A DNA stretch of 62,907 nt, filler included, from Piptocephalis cylindrospora (GCA_003614145.1; 3 parts of 3 records of this genome joined end to end with filler, not necessarily neighbours in it), one strand, 5' to 3'; numbered from the whole stretch's first letter, positions 1-14,622 are shown. The notes: generated by a model from the letters alone, not told the origin. Program-made: numbers and translations.

Positions 1-159
1 AGAAGAAAGGGTAGAGGAAGGGCCAGGATGATGCATGTCGTAAGGGATCGCCTGGAAAAGAGCAGTGCGGCCTTGGATGCTATCGTATGCGTCCCACAAG
101 CCAATCACTAACCGTATAGGAGAGATTGGGCGTTGGTGAAAAAAAGATCATGACTATAA

Positions 160-372
160 GGGCCAGTGGCTCAGCGGGGATGAACCCCCTGGATTTTGCC
201 CGTTATTGAGAGTAGGTGTCACACAGGTTGTAGATTCGAATCCGTCCTGTGCATCGACGATTTTTAGAAGGGAAGTCACCAGCTCAAGAGCGCGTTACTC
301 ACTGGGATGGGTAAAGTGGGTGGACCGGTGATGGCTAGACATGCTAATGCCGTTGCATTTGGCCTCTCTTTT
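160..372 (+). ncRNA. Candidate Pol III-type structured ncRNA or degenerate tRNA-like element, identity unknown
   Basis: A-box-like TGGCTCAGCGG (167-177), B-box-like GATTCGAATCC (233-243), T-runs at 261-265 and 369-372. The 5' end (160-177) can pair with 350-365. It does not fold as a canonical cloverleaf. Confidence 0.3.
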
Positions 373-385
373 CTTAACGAACGGC

Positions 386-2283
386 ATGCTCCTTAACGCT
401 CTACACTCTACAGGACTAATGAGGTCAAGGTCATTGATGCGTATTACTGGACGCGCTAGAGGCGGGCCGTGGCCACCAGAGTTTCCTAGCTCTAGCCCTA
501 GATCGTGTCGACCCGTATCTATGGCCCCCGCAGGATCGTTGAACCGAAGCCCACCCCCTTTAGAAAAAGTCAACAAGGGTAAGTAGGAGGGAAAATAACA
601 CGTAACAGCCAGTTCCCTGTTCTATAGCGATGATTATGATGATCAAACCCTCTTGCTCGCCATGACCTCCCTTTAGTCTACGTGGCCATGTCGGGTGGAG
701 TGGATTCGACTGTGTGTGCTGCCTTACTCAAGAAGCAGGTAAGTGCACCATTGAATTGAAGCATGGGTTGATCCTCAATTCTGTATGATGGTCTATTGGG
801 GGAGGAGCGCATCCTTGTCTCTTGACCTGCTGTATTATATCTTCCTTCCTTCCTAGGGATACCCTGTTGAGGGAGTGTACATGCGTAATTGGGATGCCAA
901 CGATGAGATGGGGGTTTGCCCTGGAGAATCCGAATGGAGACAAGTCCAGGATATTTGCTATCGACTCAATATGCCTTGTTTCAAGGTAAGCAAATGCTTG
1001 ACAGGCGGACTGAGTACACCCGAGTCAAGGAACATCATTCCTTATTCAGGACGAAGGAGAACCATACCTACCCATCCCCCAGTCCTTTCCACGGTGAAGA
1101 TGATTACTTACATTTCTCTCCACGAATCAGGTGGACTTGGTGAAGGAATACTGGCATCAAGTGTTCATCCGGGGATTAGAGGCGTTCAGTCGGGGGGAGA
1201 CACCGAATATGGATGTGGCATGTAACCGGGAGATCAAATTGGGTGTACTTTTTGAGCAATTGTCCCTCCACGTCCCCACCGCGGATCCGAGACGGTCTTA
1301 TCTGGTGACCGGTCATTATGCTCGGACCCTTCAGGGCCCCCAAGGGGATTATCGGCTCTTACAGGGCTTGGACCCAAGCAAGGATCAAAGTTACTACCTA
1401 TGCCAGGTCCCGCAAAAAGCGCTGGCCCATACCCTTTTCCCCTTGGGGCATCTGTACAAATCCCAAGTCAAGGAGCTGGCTCGAGAGATGGGCTTTGTTG
1501 ATGTAGCTGCGCAAAAAGAGAGTATGGGCATTTGCTTTATCGGGAAACGACGCGATTTTAAAGACTTTCTAGGTAAGTACGGTGGCTGATGGAGGTTCGT
1601 GTTGTTTTTCGAGGGATATCTTTAGTTGTTGTTGTTGTCGAAGGATACGCTTTGTGAATCTTACTCTTTTCTCCACTAGCCGGATACATTGACGATCGGC
1701 CCGGGGACATCATTGCCCCTGATGGACGCGTGTTGGGTAAGATGGATGGAAGGCTGGGAATGGTCTTTTCGGGAAAATAATTTGCGCTCCCAACTGACGA
1801 TGTTTCGTCTCTTCCTCAGGCCAACACAGTGGGATTCACACACGTACGATCGGACAGAGCGTCCGATTGACCATTGATTCGACCAAATGGATTGTTGCGC
1901 ATAAGGATATTGAGCGTAATGTCCTAAGGGTAGTGGCAGGCCCGAATCACCCAGCTTTGTACAAGACCATAGTGAATGTCCGAGACGTTCACTGGGTATC
2001 TGGGATGGGCCCAGTGCGCTCTCCTGGCAAGCTGCTAAGAGCACAATGTCGATATCACCAAGTCATGAGCGCATGCCGTGTCACTTTTCATCCAGAGACG
2101 TCTAGTGCTATCCAAGTGGAGTTTGTCCATCCTCAGCGTGGCCCAACGCCAGGACAGGTAACCCTTGATGATATTGTATGAGCTTGCTTCTCATCCCGCC
2201 TCACTCACCCTGTCACTCATACCGATTAGGTCCTGGCTATCTATGACGGAGAGATGTGTCTCGGTGGAGGAGTGATTTGTTGA
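386..2283 (+). CDS. SLM3: Mitochondrial tRNA-specific 2-thiouridylase (MnmA/Slm3/Mtu1), multi-exon
   Basis: Spliced exons give VYVAMSGGVDS (PP-loop, from 677), YMRNWD, TPNMDVACNREIK, TGHYA, KDQSYYL, KESMGICFIG and C-terminal TPGQ|VLAIYDGEMCLGGGVIC*. First intron 579-676 is GT-AG. The start is uncertain (341, 386 or later). Confidence 0.9.
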
Positions 2284-3855
2284 AGTGACTTTATTTTACG
2301 CGGCGTAATTAAGATGTCATGATCTACGTTTTTTTTTTGAATAGATCATACCTCATTGACTGTCCATTCAGGCTCGTGTTATTGTCGTGAATAGAGAATT
2401 GGAGTATTCACCAAAGAGTGGTGATGTCCAAGTGCGTCATACTTATTCCACTTGATCATAATCATCCTCCTTTTTTAGCTATTTATGCTAGAAAAAGAAG
2501 GTCAATATATCCGATGGGCCCTGAACCCAGGATAACTCGATGGGAATGCCTGTGCAGAAACACCCGGAAAATCATGACAGCGCACACACACATCTGCAAC
2601 AGGAAATTATATTGAGGCTATTTCTGGCGCTCTTAGGATGCCCATTTGTGCATCAAGCATAGGGCCCCTGGTTCCAGGCTTCCCCTTTGGCTTCCCTCTC
2701 TACTCATCCCTTCTCTTGATCCCCCCATCCGACACATTCACACACGTCACCATCCCATCCAAGGGGAAATGAGGATCCCCACAGTGTGATCTCTCAGGGA
2801 GAGTGTGAACTTGAAAGGGATCGGATCGTGGGGATCCTGTTGGGGTGGTCCAACTCCGCTAATGTAGCGCGTACACCACTACCATATAGGCAAGACACGT
2901 CTGGCTCTGCTGCTGCCATGGCTATTACTGGAACACTCCATCTGTCCTTCCTAAGTGCAGCATTTGTCTAGAATTTATTTAGGACCACTCATGATCCTGT
3001 GTCTCTCTTTCTCTCTTGCTTGATGGTATCGGTTGAAAGATAGGCGATGTTGCTGAGTTTGGAGAGGAACTACGTTGCAGCCTCGCACACCTGCCCGCTA
3101 TGTCCTAGAAGGAGAACAAAGAGCGATGGTCCATGCGGAGCGGATTAATGACTTTATTAACGGCGGCACACGCATGCAGTGATATCTGCAAACCATCCCT
3201 TCAAAGGGACGCCTGAGTATCCAAAGTGCTGGGTGGGTCAGCATGAGCTTCCCCTCCCCCCCGATAATTAGGCGTGGTAAGTCATCCACGACCGCAGGAA
3301 GAGATAAGGATGATTTGATTCGATGGATGGGAGAACGACACATCACTCCTCATTCACTCTGTGGAATCGACGGGCGACTTGACCCCTTCCTGGCTTCTGG
3401 CCGACAGCTCCATCCACATGCCACAAAGACGTGGCTTGGCGTAACAGCATGTGGTATGGACCAAGACGAAGGGAAAATGGTGATGGGAACGAAGCTAAGC
3501 TACTGGTGACGGTATGGCTGTACCAGAGTGACAAGTGTGTGTTGGCGATGTGGCCAGCATGGCAAAGGATGACGCGCCCGACCACCGGCCGAGCTCACTC
3601 CGCCGCCTCTTCACTATATAAGCTTCCATCCCTTTCGCCATTATCCCCCTCCCCCCTCCCTTCCCCACCTTTCTCACCTCGCATCACCCTCTTCTCTCTC
3701 TCTCTCTCTCTCTTTTCTGATACCTTTTCCCAATCCGTTCCTACTCTCTCTCCGTACCCCCCTTATCCCTCTCACAATCTCTTACCTGACTCTTCCCTTA
3801 TCCTCTGTCGTATCGCCCCTTTTCCCTCTCCCCTTCTAAGCCCATACCTAGCGAG

Positions 3856-6800
3856 ATGACCGAGGAAAACCCCGGCCGTATCCCCTCCCCGCCCCCGGCC
3901 GAAACCTTTGAGAAGAGTGTCAAGGACAAGGTCAATGATGCCAAAGAAAGCCTTAACACCACGGAGGCCCCCATCCATGCATTTGACCCTTCTCTGCCCC
4001 CAGACCAAAAGGCCCAAGCCATTCTAAATGCATCTAACAACGAGGGCCTTAAGGCCCCCGTCTTCTCTCCGAGAGATGAATTGGACAAGAGCAATAGGAT
4101 GGAACCTCCCGCCAAGACTACTGATGGAGCTGCTGCTGCTCAAGCCGCTGCCGCGTTTCGTGAGGGAGGCAATACCATGAAGGATACCCCACCAGCCTCT
4201 TCCGGCTCCGCTTCGAGTAAGCCATCTCACAGTAGCTTCCAACAGGCCGCGCACCAGGTTACTTCCGAGTCCAATGTTGTCTCCGCCCTTCATCAAGAGA
4301 GTGCCCCCGCTGATCCTGCCACCCTGGCCAAGGAACAGGAAACCGTTCAAGGTATCAAGACCTACATCGGTTGGCAGGAGGTGGGGGATGAGCCAAAGGA
4401 CTTTGTTGAGAAGCACCTTTCTGAAGCCTATTACGGCAAGAGCATCTTCAATGCCCTCTCTGTCCTCATCGTTGGCTTCCTCAGTTGGTTCATTACCCGT
4501 ATCGGCCTTGGATTTGGCTGGTGCATTATCCTGTGGTCCGTTGTCGGTATGTAAGGGATTTTAGGGCTGTGCCAAATCGCCTCTTTATCTGCACCCAGAA
4601 CTATTACTCACGCTTATCTCTGATTTTTTTTTCTCCCTCTCCACCTTTAGTGGTCTATCACAACACGTCGGTAAAGCGCTTTAAGCGTGCCGTCAAGGAT
4701 GACCTTGTCCGTGAGCTGGCTGTTCCCAGGCTCGAGGCCGACACTGAAAGTGTCGAGTGGATGAACTCCTTTCTCTCCCGTTTCTGGCTCATCTATGAAC
4801 CCGTTCTCTCCGCTACCATTGTCGCCTCGGTCGACTCGGTCCTCATGGACTCCACCCCATCCTTTCTCGATTCCCTTCGTCTCACCACATTTACCTTGGG
4901 GAGTAAGGCTCCACGTATTGAGGAAATTCGCACCTATCCCAATACCGACCAGGATATCATCATGATGGACTGGCGTCTTTCTTTTGTTCCCGCCGCCGAT
5001 GAGGAGCTCACGGCCAAGCAAAAGGCTAGCAAAGTTAACCCCAAGATTGTTCTGACCGTTCGCGTGGGCAAGGGTTTTGTCGGCGCCGGTATCCCCATCC
5101 TTCTGGAGGATATTGTCTTCAAAGGGCAGATGCGCATTCGTATCAAACTCATGAACTCCTTCCCCCACGTCCAAATCGTCGACCTTTCCTTCCTCGAGCC
5201 CCCCGTCATCGATTATGTTCTCAAGCCTATTGGGGGGGAGACCATGGGGTTTGATATCGCCCATATCCCTGGACTTGCCCCTTATATCCGTGATACCATT
5301 CATTCAAACTTGGCCCCCATGATGTACGATCCCAATGTCTTTACCTTGGATGTAGCTGGCATGATGAATGCTTCCGGGGCGGATGCTGGTAAGTCGATTG
5401 ATTTCCCGTGTATCATTAGCCATGCGTCTCTCTATATGCGTAGGCAAAGTCTAGTTCACTCACCCATCTACCCATCCTTCCCTCTCTTCCACTAGATTCG
5501 GCTTGTGGTGTCATTAAGCTCACCCTTCAATCTGCCTCATCCTTGAAGCATGGAGATTTGCTCGGAACACCCGATCCCTATGTCCGTTTCCGTATTGGGG
5601 GTCGCGCTGAGCTTGGTAGGACCGAAACCCAGGAGAATACGGTTAATCCCATCTGGAATGAGACCTTTTTCCTTCTTGTCAAAAACCTTGACGAGAAAAT
5701 GACTCTGGAAATCATGGATTGGAATAACATGAAGAAGGACTCTCATATGGGCAATGTGGAATTCGACCTGGCCGCCCTTCAGAATGAACCTGAGCTGGAG
5801 GATTACTCCGCCCCTGTCTACAAGGAGGGTAAGACTGATCCTCTGGGTAGCCTCAAGATGACTGCCATCTACTCTCCCGTCGTTCCCCCCATCAAGGAGG
5901 AAGATGGAACGGAGAAGCCCGTTGAATCCAATATCGGTATCCTCCGCATCACCCTTAACCAGGCCAAGGAGCTGGATACCTCCGTCAGTATGGTGGGTCA
6001 ACTCAGTCCCTATGGCCTGATCCGCGTCAATGGGAAACAGGTGAAGAAAACCCGTATTCTCAAGCGTCACAACACCCCAGTATGGGAAGAGTCTATTGAG
6101 GTCTTTGTCTCTGACCTCAAGTCCACCCGTGTTGCCTTGGACCTCAAGGATGATCGTGATCTGGCCCAGGACCCTCTCCTCGGATCCTGGAGGTACAAGG
6201 CCACCGAGGTCATTGCTCGATCCTCCAAGGCCCAGGACTGGTATTCGTTGGCCGAGACCCGGAAGGGCGGTAAGGTTCGCGTCAATGCTGTCTGGAGGCC
6301 CATCCTTATGGACGCTGCTCATGCTGGGACCCTCTCTCCCGTTGTCGGTGTCGTCCGTCTTCACCTTATCGAGGGTGTCCGTCTCCACAACACTGAGACC
6401 ACCGGTACCGCTGACCCCTACATCCGTGTTATGGTGGGTTCCCAGATGCGTGGTAAGACCCGTGTTATCGACGCTGATCTGAACCCCAAGTGGGATGAGG
6501 TCCTTTACCTTCCTGTTCATGGTCATTCCGAGGCCTTTGTTCTTCAGGCCATGGACTGGAATAGTCACATCAAGGATAAGATTATCGGCGATTCTGTCCT
6601 ACAGGTCGCCAGCCTGGTGGAGAAGGTCACCGAGGATGTTGCTGATTCTGCCAAACTTACGGAGACCCCAGAGGGAGAGGAGGCGGAAGTCAAGGTGCCC
6701 GAGGGTACCAATGAGGTGGGGAAGAAGGTGGTCCGGTACATCTCCAAGGGTATCACCGATCTGTAAGTCATTGGTTTTTTTGTTTGAAAAGAGATGGCTT

Positions 6801-9056
6801 ATATTGAGTGGTATCGGTGATATTCTTCAATTTTTCCATCTAATTCCTTTCCCTTTTCCTCCTCTCAATAGGTGGTCTCCTCTTACCCTTCAAGGTGGGA
6901 AGAACCGTGGAAACTTGCATTATACCGCCCAGTTTTTCCCCTTGGAGGATCTACCTGAAAAGGTTAAGATTGACAAGGAAGATAACAGTAAGAATGCCAC
7001 TACCACCGTCACTGATAATGGGTCTCCCTCCCAGCCTGAGCCCTCCACCTCCGTGGACTGGGCTTCATACCCATCTGGGGTTCTTCAAATGACTATCCAC
7101 GAGGCCCGTGGATTCCGTAAGCCCTTTAAGGCATTTACTGAAGTCTTGGTTAACAGGAATGATAATGCTCCGGCTCATCGGACTAAGGTCTTAAAGAAAA
7201 CTGTACGTCCCCGGTGGGATGAAGCTTGCGAGGTGTTCATCAAAGAGACCGATGTTGGTCTTGTCACATTCCTCATTCGTCATGGTGGAGGGAGTGACGA
7301 GGCGGATCTTCGGGACACAGATACCTCCCCAATCCTTGGGCGATGTGAACTCCGTGTCATTGACCTTCTTCGTCAGATGAACGCCAAAAAACTGGCCAAT
7401 GCCACCAGCACTTCCGAGGAGCAGGAAGAGGAAGCGGATAATACCATGGACCAAGGCGCATGGTTTCCCTTTGATGTGTCCTCGGCTAAGGGCTCTGCCA
7501 ATCCTGCCACCACTCTCACCACCACCACCACCGACAATTCCCTGGGTGGGGCCGCAGAGGGTTCTACCGCAGAGATCCGGTGTTCTTTCAAGTTCAGCCC
7601 TGTTGCTGTCAAGATTGACTTTTCCGAATCTTACCTGGATCAAGGTACCTTGGACTTTGAAGTGGTGAGCGGGAAAGATCTTCCGGCTGTAGATTCCTCG
7701 GGCACCAGCGATCCTTATGTCATCGTTACGCTCGAAGAGGAGAAGGTCTTCAAGACCAAGACCATCAAGAAGAACCTTAACCCTACCTTCAAAGAGGCAG
7801 GACCTACCCTTAGCATTATCTCCAGGACCCGGGCTCACTTTGAGTTGGATGTGTATGACTGGAATAAGGTGGAGAAGAATGAGCGTCTAGGTAAGGGACT
7901 GGTCGACCTTGTCTCCTTAGAGCCCATGCAGTCTCAGACTGTTGATGTGGCCCTGGGTCCTCGAGGCGGGATCATCACCCTTCGCTGCACCTTCCGCCCA
8001 GCCTTCCTTTCGGGTCTGGGACCCAAGAGTACCACCATCCTTCAGTCATTTGGGACTACGGCCCTCAACGTGGTGAATCCTATCAATGGTGCCAAGCAGA
8101 TTGGCGGAGTGGGTAAGACCGTGGTGGGTGGAGTAGCAGGTGGAGTCATGGGTGGGGTTCGGGGGGTTACTGGTATCTTTGGGAGGAAGAAGGGGCATGA
8201 CAAGCATGAAGCTGCTGCCGAAGAGACCCCGAGTCCTACCCCGGCCATCCAGGTACATGGAAGCAATGTGGTGAGTGAGGCAGATACCCAGACCCGATCG
8301 ATCGAGTCGAACCCGGCCAACATGGGAGCGGTGACGGCCAGCGGACAGGTGATTGGGGAGGATACGGCGGTGAATACTGCCGGCAATGGCCTGGATCACT
8401 CGGTCCATGATACCTCCACCCCCTCCTCCACCTTAACTAGCCGTAGTGGGTCCGGGGGTGCAGCTATAATGGGCCATCAAAGCAACATGTCCATTGATAG
8501 TATGATCCCTCCCTCTGAGGTGCCCGGGAGTGGTAATGCCGCAGGCTTCCTCACCCTCCACATTCTTGGGGCCAAGGACCTCCTGGCAGCTGACCGGGGG
8601 GGCACGAGCGACCCGTACATTAAGGTCATCATGCAGTCCCCTGGAGGGAATGGCAAAGGTCACACTGTACACAAGACCCGTGTGATCAAGAAAACCCTAG
8701 AGCCTGAGTGGTCTAACGAGACCGTCACCGTACCCATCAATGCGGAGACCCCGGTGATCCGTCTCTCCGTTAAGGATCATAACACCCTAGGTGGGGATAA
8801 GGACATTGGAGATTACGATCTTCGGGTCGTGGAGGAGCTTGGCCTTAATGAGCAAGCCGTCATGGGCCCCGTGAACAAGGAGCTGTGGACGAGTCCTGGA
8901 GCCCTGGCCTCTGGAGGTCGGGGACAACTTCACCTTCGTCTAGAATGGGCCCATGAGTCCGTGCACCCCTCAGGAGGCGGGGATGATGGGAAGAGGCGGA
9001 GTGGCGGTGGGCTGTTTGGCGGTCTGAAGAAAAAGACCAGCGGAACCTCCGGTTGA
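3856..9056 (+). CDS. Tricalbin / extended synaptotagmin (SMP domain plus multiple C2 domains), 4 exons
   Basis: N-terminal membrane hairpin, SMP start ESVEWMNSFLSRFWLIYEPVLSATI, several C2 domains (GTPDPYV, TADPYI, GTSDPYV, GTSDPYIKV). Introns near 4548-4650, 5388-5496 and 6763-6871. Confidence 0.92.
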
Positions 9057-9706
9057 GTCGAGGCCTCCCCGGATTGGTTATCTGATCGACCGGGGACATT
9101 CAAAGATGCAGGGAGGGAGAAGGGGGGAGGCAGTCTGGGTCGAAGAAGTTTTTCCCTGATGGGCAGCCTAGGGAGGAGACGGGGACATGGCGTCGCCGCC
9201 TCCACTCAATCGGATGATTCTCAAAAGGGTAGAGGTGGCGCCGGACGAAAGCGCTGGAGGACCTTTGTATGCCTCTGAACCTAGCAGGGAAGGTAGGAAA
9301 GGGATGAAGAAGAAATTTCAGGATGCGCTGTTTTCTGCTAATGAACTGCATGTTTTTTGCTGCTTTTGACCTTATTGCCTTATTGATGGAAGATGGGAAG
9401 GGAAAGGTTCCTTAGGATTAGGATGGATGGATGGATGTATATTCAATGAAAAGCATGAGCCTAGGGCGGCCTTGGAGGATGTTGACCAAGCCCAGCTGCT
9501 CTTGCTTCAAGTGGATCATGGTGAGTCACCATTAGCTGGTTGGCTCTGCCTGCACATCAAATGGATCGATAATCCCGACGCGATTTGACGTGTCAACGAC
9601 CCTCAGCAACAAAAGAGCCATTACTTTGGCGGCTTCGCTTTATCCTGCCTCCCTACCATTTTCCTTCGTTTTTTGCCCAATTCAACCCTCTTGTGCTTCA
9701 GTCCCC

Positions 9707-12700
9707 ATGTCATCCATTGACAAACTCTCGATCCAAGGGATCCGGTCCTTTGATAGCCATTCTAGGGCTATTGTCCAGTTCTACACACCACTAACACTAA
9801 TTGTTGGGCATAATGGCGCGGGAAAGACTACGATCATCGAGGCTCTCAAGTATGCTACCACTGGCGACCTCCCACCCAACTCTCGAAACGGGGCCTTTAT
9901 TTTTGACCCTAAGCTGGCAGGCGAGTCTGAAGTCCTGGCCCAGGTAAAGCTCAAGTTCCACAACGTTAACGGCCGACAAATGGTCGTAACCCGCTCAATC
10001 CAATTGACTAAACAACGGACCAAGGTGTCCCAGAAGACTCTGGAATCCCTATTACACGCCAAGGACCCAGAGACTGGGGAGCATGTGAGTATCAGCAGCC
10101 GGTGCGCCGATCTGGATCAAGCCCTCCCCCTACAACTAGGCGTATCCAAAGCCGTTCTGGATAATGTCATATTTTGCCACCAGGAGGAGTCCAATTGGCC
10201 CCTCTCTGAGCCATCGATCCTCAAGAAAAAATTTGACGAGATTTTTGCCGCTACCCGGTACACCAAGGCTCTGGATAACATTAAAACCCTGCGCAAGGAG
10301 GCTACTGTGGAGATGCGTCTGAATGATCAGCAGCGTGAGTTCCTTCGTGTTAATCGACGCAAGGCCCGTAAGGTGGGTGATGGAGAGGGAGAGTAATATT
10401 TCCCTCGATGTTATTCTATGTTAATGGGGACGGCCTAACCCTGACCCTATGATGGGCATTGACTATAACGGAATAGGTTCGGGCAGAGGCCAAAGCTGCA
10501 CAGAAACGCGTTGATGAGGCCACAGATAAAGTTCAGCAGTTGGATGATCTTTCTACTAATGTTTCTGAAAAACTCCAGAAACATACTCAGAGCATGTCTC
10601 GCCTAGTTCAGGCTGAGGGCCGAGTCCAAGGGGCTGCACGGGAGGTGGAGATGATTCAAAGATCCATGGAGGATATGGCTGGGACCTTCCAGGAGTATTC
10701 TGGTAAAAGTGTCCAATAAAACTGTGGATGGAGCAAACGAAGCTGATATATCCCTCCTTATAGAGCCCCAAGAAGTCCTGGAAGAGATGCTTCAGGATCA
10801 AGAGGCCATAAAGACGAAGAGGGGACTGAAGAGGGAAGAAATGGCTAGGCAGGCCATACAGACCAAGGATGAAGCGTCAGTGGTGCGAAACCATCTGGAT
10901 GCATCTTTGGCACAGAGGGGAAAGCTGACTTTTGAAGTGGAGGAGTTGGTGCGGCGGGAGGAGAAGAGATCCAATTTGATTATACAGGCCTCCGCTGATC
11001 TTGGCTTGGACGTCATGAACCTCAACGACACGGGAAAGTGTATGGGTTTTCTCAATAACTTACATGACACTAGGTCTGAGACCCTGCGTTCCCAGGAGCA
11101 TGAACATGAGGAGGACCTTGCTGAAAGGAGAAGAGAGCTGGACGATCTCAAGTCTCAGAAATCCCGGGTGGCTGGTCAAATTCATCAACTCCAGGAGCAG
11201 TCCCAAGGTGTTGCACGTACCATGAAGGGTCTTGAGGCCGATCTACTTCAACTTCCCGATAGAGCCAAGGAGGTGAAAGCTCTGCAGGAACAGTTATTAC
11301 CGGAAAGAGAGAGGCTAGGTGAGCTCTATAAGGAGTTGCATTTACTCATGGATGAGGATCGACATAAGGAAGTGGAAGATGCCATTGCCATGGCCGATCA
11401 AGAAGTTGGTCAGATCGAAGAAAAACTTCGAGCCTGCACGGCCAACTCAGAGACCCGAGCTAGGTACTCCATGAAGCAAGACACACTTGAAAAAGCCGTT
11501 TTGGTGCAGGATGAACTGTTAGTGCTCTTTGTGGTGAACGAGAAGGGAAGTGAGGCTAGGATTGGATCGTCAACTCATGTGACCATCGTCCATCCTTATT
11601 ATCTAGGCTTTCCAAGCTATGTACGTTCATGGAATTGGATAAGAATGACCCGCAAGCGAAGCCATCGACTCTGTGTAGCACGATTGAAAGACTTGTTCAG
11701 TAATATTTTTTTCCTTGATTTAATCTATTCCACTCCTCACTGTCATTTCCTCTCCTGTAGGGAAAAGGATCAACGGCTAGGAAATCTGAAGAAAGAGCTG
11801 GAAATCACTGCCGATCAACTTTACTCTATCCAGGGGAGACACAAGGCGGCTGAGGAGGCGCTTGAAGATAGGATGGAATCTCTTCGTACTGATGAAACCG
11901 ACTATAAAGAAACGATGGAAGGAATGGTCATACCCTTACCAGAGGCTTTAGCGGATACGAAAAAAGAAGTAGCCGAGTGGTCCGAGTAAGTCGAGAAAAG
12001 TGAACTGTATTCTCATAAAATAAGAAAAACACTTTTTTTTAGCACTCACCCTATCCCTATTTGTGTAGGTCCCTCACGGAGATTCGAACCTCAGAGATGA
12101 TGTATAGCAAGTTTATGAAGCGAGCCCGCGAATCTCATGGATGCCCCCTTTGTGTACGACCCTTTCGCCATCGAGGAGAACATGGGGATGGAGACGAGGA
12201 GAGCGATGCGAGTGATGCGGACGAAGAGGAGCAATTTATGATTATGGTGCGTTCTTCACGGCGCGAGAGGGAAGAGTGAATCCAAAAGAGATATGGCTCA
12301 TCTATTCCGGCATCAATAGTTAAAGAAATCCTGCGAAAAGATTCCTGGAGCGATGCACGAGGCCAAGACGCAATTGGAGTTGGCTGAAACTAAGCTGGCA
12401 CGCCTGACCGAGGCTCAGCCAGTGTGGGAGAGGCTAGTTCGGGCCCGGGATCGGGACATTCCTCAAGCCCAAGCTAGGAAAAAGGCCCTAGAGGAGGAAA
12501 TGAGCCCATTAATGGATAATCGAGATCGACTGGTACAGGAGAAAACCACGGAGGAAAGGAACATGGGACAGCTCAAAGCTCTTCAGGGAACAGGGAAGGA
12601 GCTTCTTGGGTCTGCAGAGGAGGTGAGTGCTTTACAGCATGAGGTCGTAACCCTACAGGGGATGCTTCAGACCGCCGAGGGCGCGGAACTCACCAAGACT

Positions 12701-14466
12701 ATGGAGGATTTGAGGAGGAGGCTCGCCAAGGCCCAGGGCGAAAAGTCGAATCACATAACAAGTAAGAGAGCTCTTGAGGCCGACGGACGGAGAAAGGTAC
12801 AGGAGGTATCGGAGACAGAGAGATGTGTGCGCGAGAAGGAAGGAGAAGTCCAGAAGCTTGAAGCACTAGTAGCAGAACGGAAAAGGAAGCTTCAGGGCTT
12901 ATCGGATGCTCAGGATCAAGGAAGGAAGATTGGTGCGGTGCTGGCGGAGCAGGAATTGGAGATGCAGTCCCAAGGGTGCGATGCGCGAATCACGGTTGTT
13001 GAAGAGGCTATTCAAAGATCCAGGGATATTTGGGCAAAGCAACGGAAGGAGGGTCTGAAGAGTATTGAACAGGTCAAATCTTGGATCGATCGGCTGCAAG
13101 GGTTGCTGACGACATCTGTAGATCTAGAGAATGGTCGAGATCGTCTGGAGCAGATCGAAAAACAAGTTCAGTCTCTGCACCAGGAAGCTGAAAAGGCGGA
13201 GACTCGAATGGCTCAGGAGGCTGAGGAGATAGCCTCCTTGGAGAGAGAAGAGATGGGATCCCGGGAAAGAGAACGAAATATTCGGGACACCTTACGATGG
13301 AGGGACCTGCGTAAGCAGTTACAAGGAGCACGAGACCATTATGGCGAGATGGTGAAAGCAATGGGGACGACGGATCGTTCTGGCTGTCAAAAAGAGATGG
13401 AAGAGCTTCAAGCTCGACAACAAGACTTGATGACACAACGAGCTGGTCTCCTTGGGGAGATGAAGCAGCTAGAGGATCAAGTAGCCCGACTTACCCGGGA
13501 TCTCGAAGGGGAGTACCGGGATGTAGATGGAAAGTACCGACGCCATCTAATTAAATCTAGGGTAAAGGTTGCGGAGGGGGGGATGGTGCTATGGTGCCAT
13601 GGACTCTAATGCATCTATCCCTTGTGCGTGCGGGGAGAGAATAGGTTCGTCAATCTGCTGCTGCAGATTTGGACAAGTATGCTCTTGCTTTGGAAAAGTA
13701 GGTTTTGATGGCTTCTTTACGTGGGTCTTCCTCCATTCTCTGACACCTGAAGCTCCTCTCCCCGACCCCTCTTTCCCGCAGATCAATCATGAAGTATCAT
13801 TCGTTAAAAATGGAAGAGATCAACAAGGTGATCCGAGAACTTTGGGTCAACACCTACCAAGGGAGTGGTAAGTGCCCTGAGGTGTGGATAGATGTCCGCT
13901 GCGGCAAGTATTAATATTATACCCTTTCTAAATAGACATCGATACAATTGAAATTCGGTCCGAATCAGACAAGCCCAAAACTGGAGGCTCTTCTCTGACC
14001 CGATCGTACAATTATCGAGTCGTGATGATTCGGGGAGAAACGGAGCTGGATCTACGAGGAAGGTGCAGCGCGGGGCAAAGGGTACTGACATCACTCATTG
14101 TCCGACTGGCACTCGCCGAGTCCTTTTGCGTGCAATGCGGAGTCCTTGCCCTGGATGAACCAACAACAAACCTAGATCGGGATAACATCGCCTCTCTGGC
14201 CGGATCCCTCGTCCAGATCATTCAGCACCGACGTCAACAGCGGAACTTTCAATTGATCATCATTACGCACGATGAGGAATTTATGCGACTTCTCGGTCGG
14301 TCCGACTATGCTGATTACTACTGGAGAGTCTCCAAGAATTCACGGTAAGATTTTTCTGGCTCTTCAGAATGCTTCTTCTACTCTCTCACGAAACGAATCT
14401 CTTCCAATACCAAATGATAGGCAAATGTCCATTTTGGAAAGATATGATGTGCGAACCGAGTACTGA
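9707..14466 (+). CDS. RAD50: DNA repair protein Rad50, multi-exon
   Basis: [15 protein letters not shown], Walker [31 protein letters not shown], long coiled coil with CPLC zinc hook, signature RGRCSAGQ, Walker [20 protein letters not shown]. Confidence 0.96.
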
Positions 14467-14622
14467 GGGAGTGTGGGCGAGAAGGGGAACGCGAAAGACA
14501 AATATAACGGCATGGGAGACGAAAGGGGGAAAGATGTATCTATATACGATGATGACAGCACATTCTTTGGTGCTATACATAAAATAAAAAAAAGAAGAGC
14601 GTAGAAGGGGATGGAGATGAGA

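Noticed and set aside
1..36. Possible start of a minus-strand gene running off the window edge
   Set aside because: Only about 12 codons are visible, which is not enough evidence.
160..255. Functional tRNA or tRNA-Sec gene
   Set aside because: The acceptor and T stems do not pair properly, and there is no clear anticodon arm or TCA anticodon.
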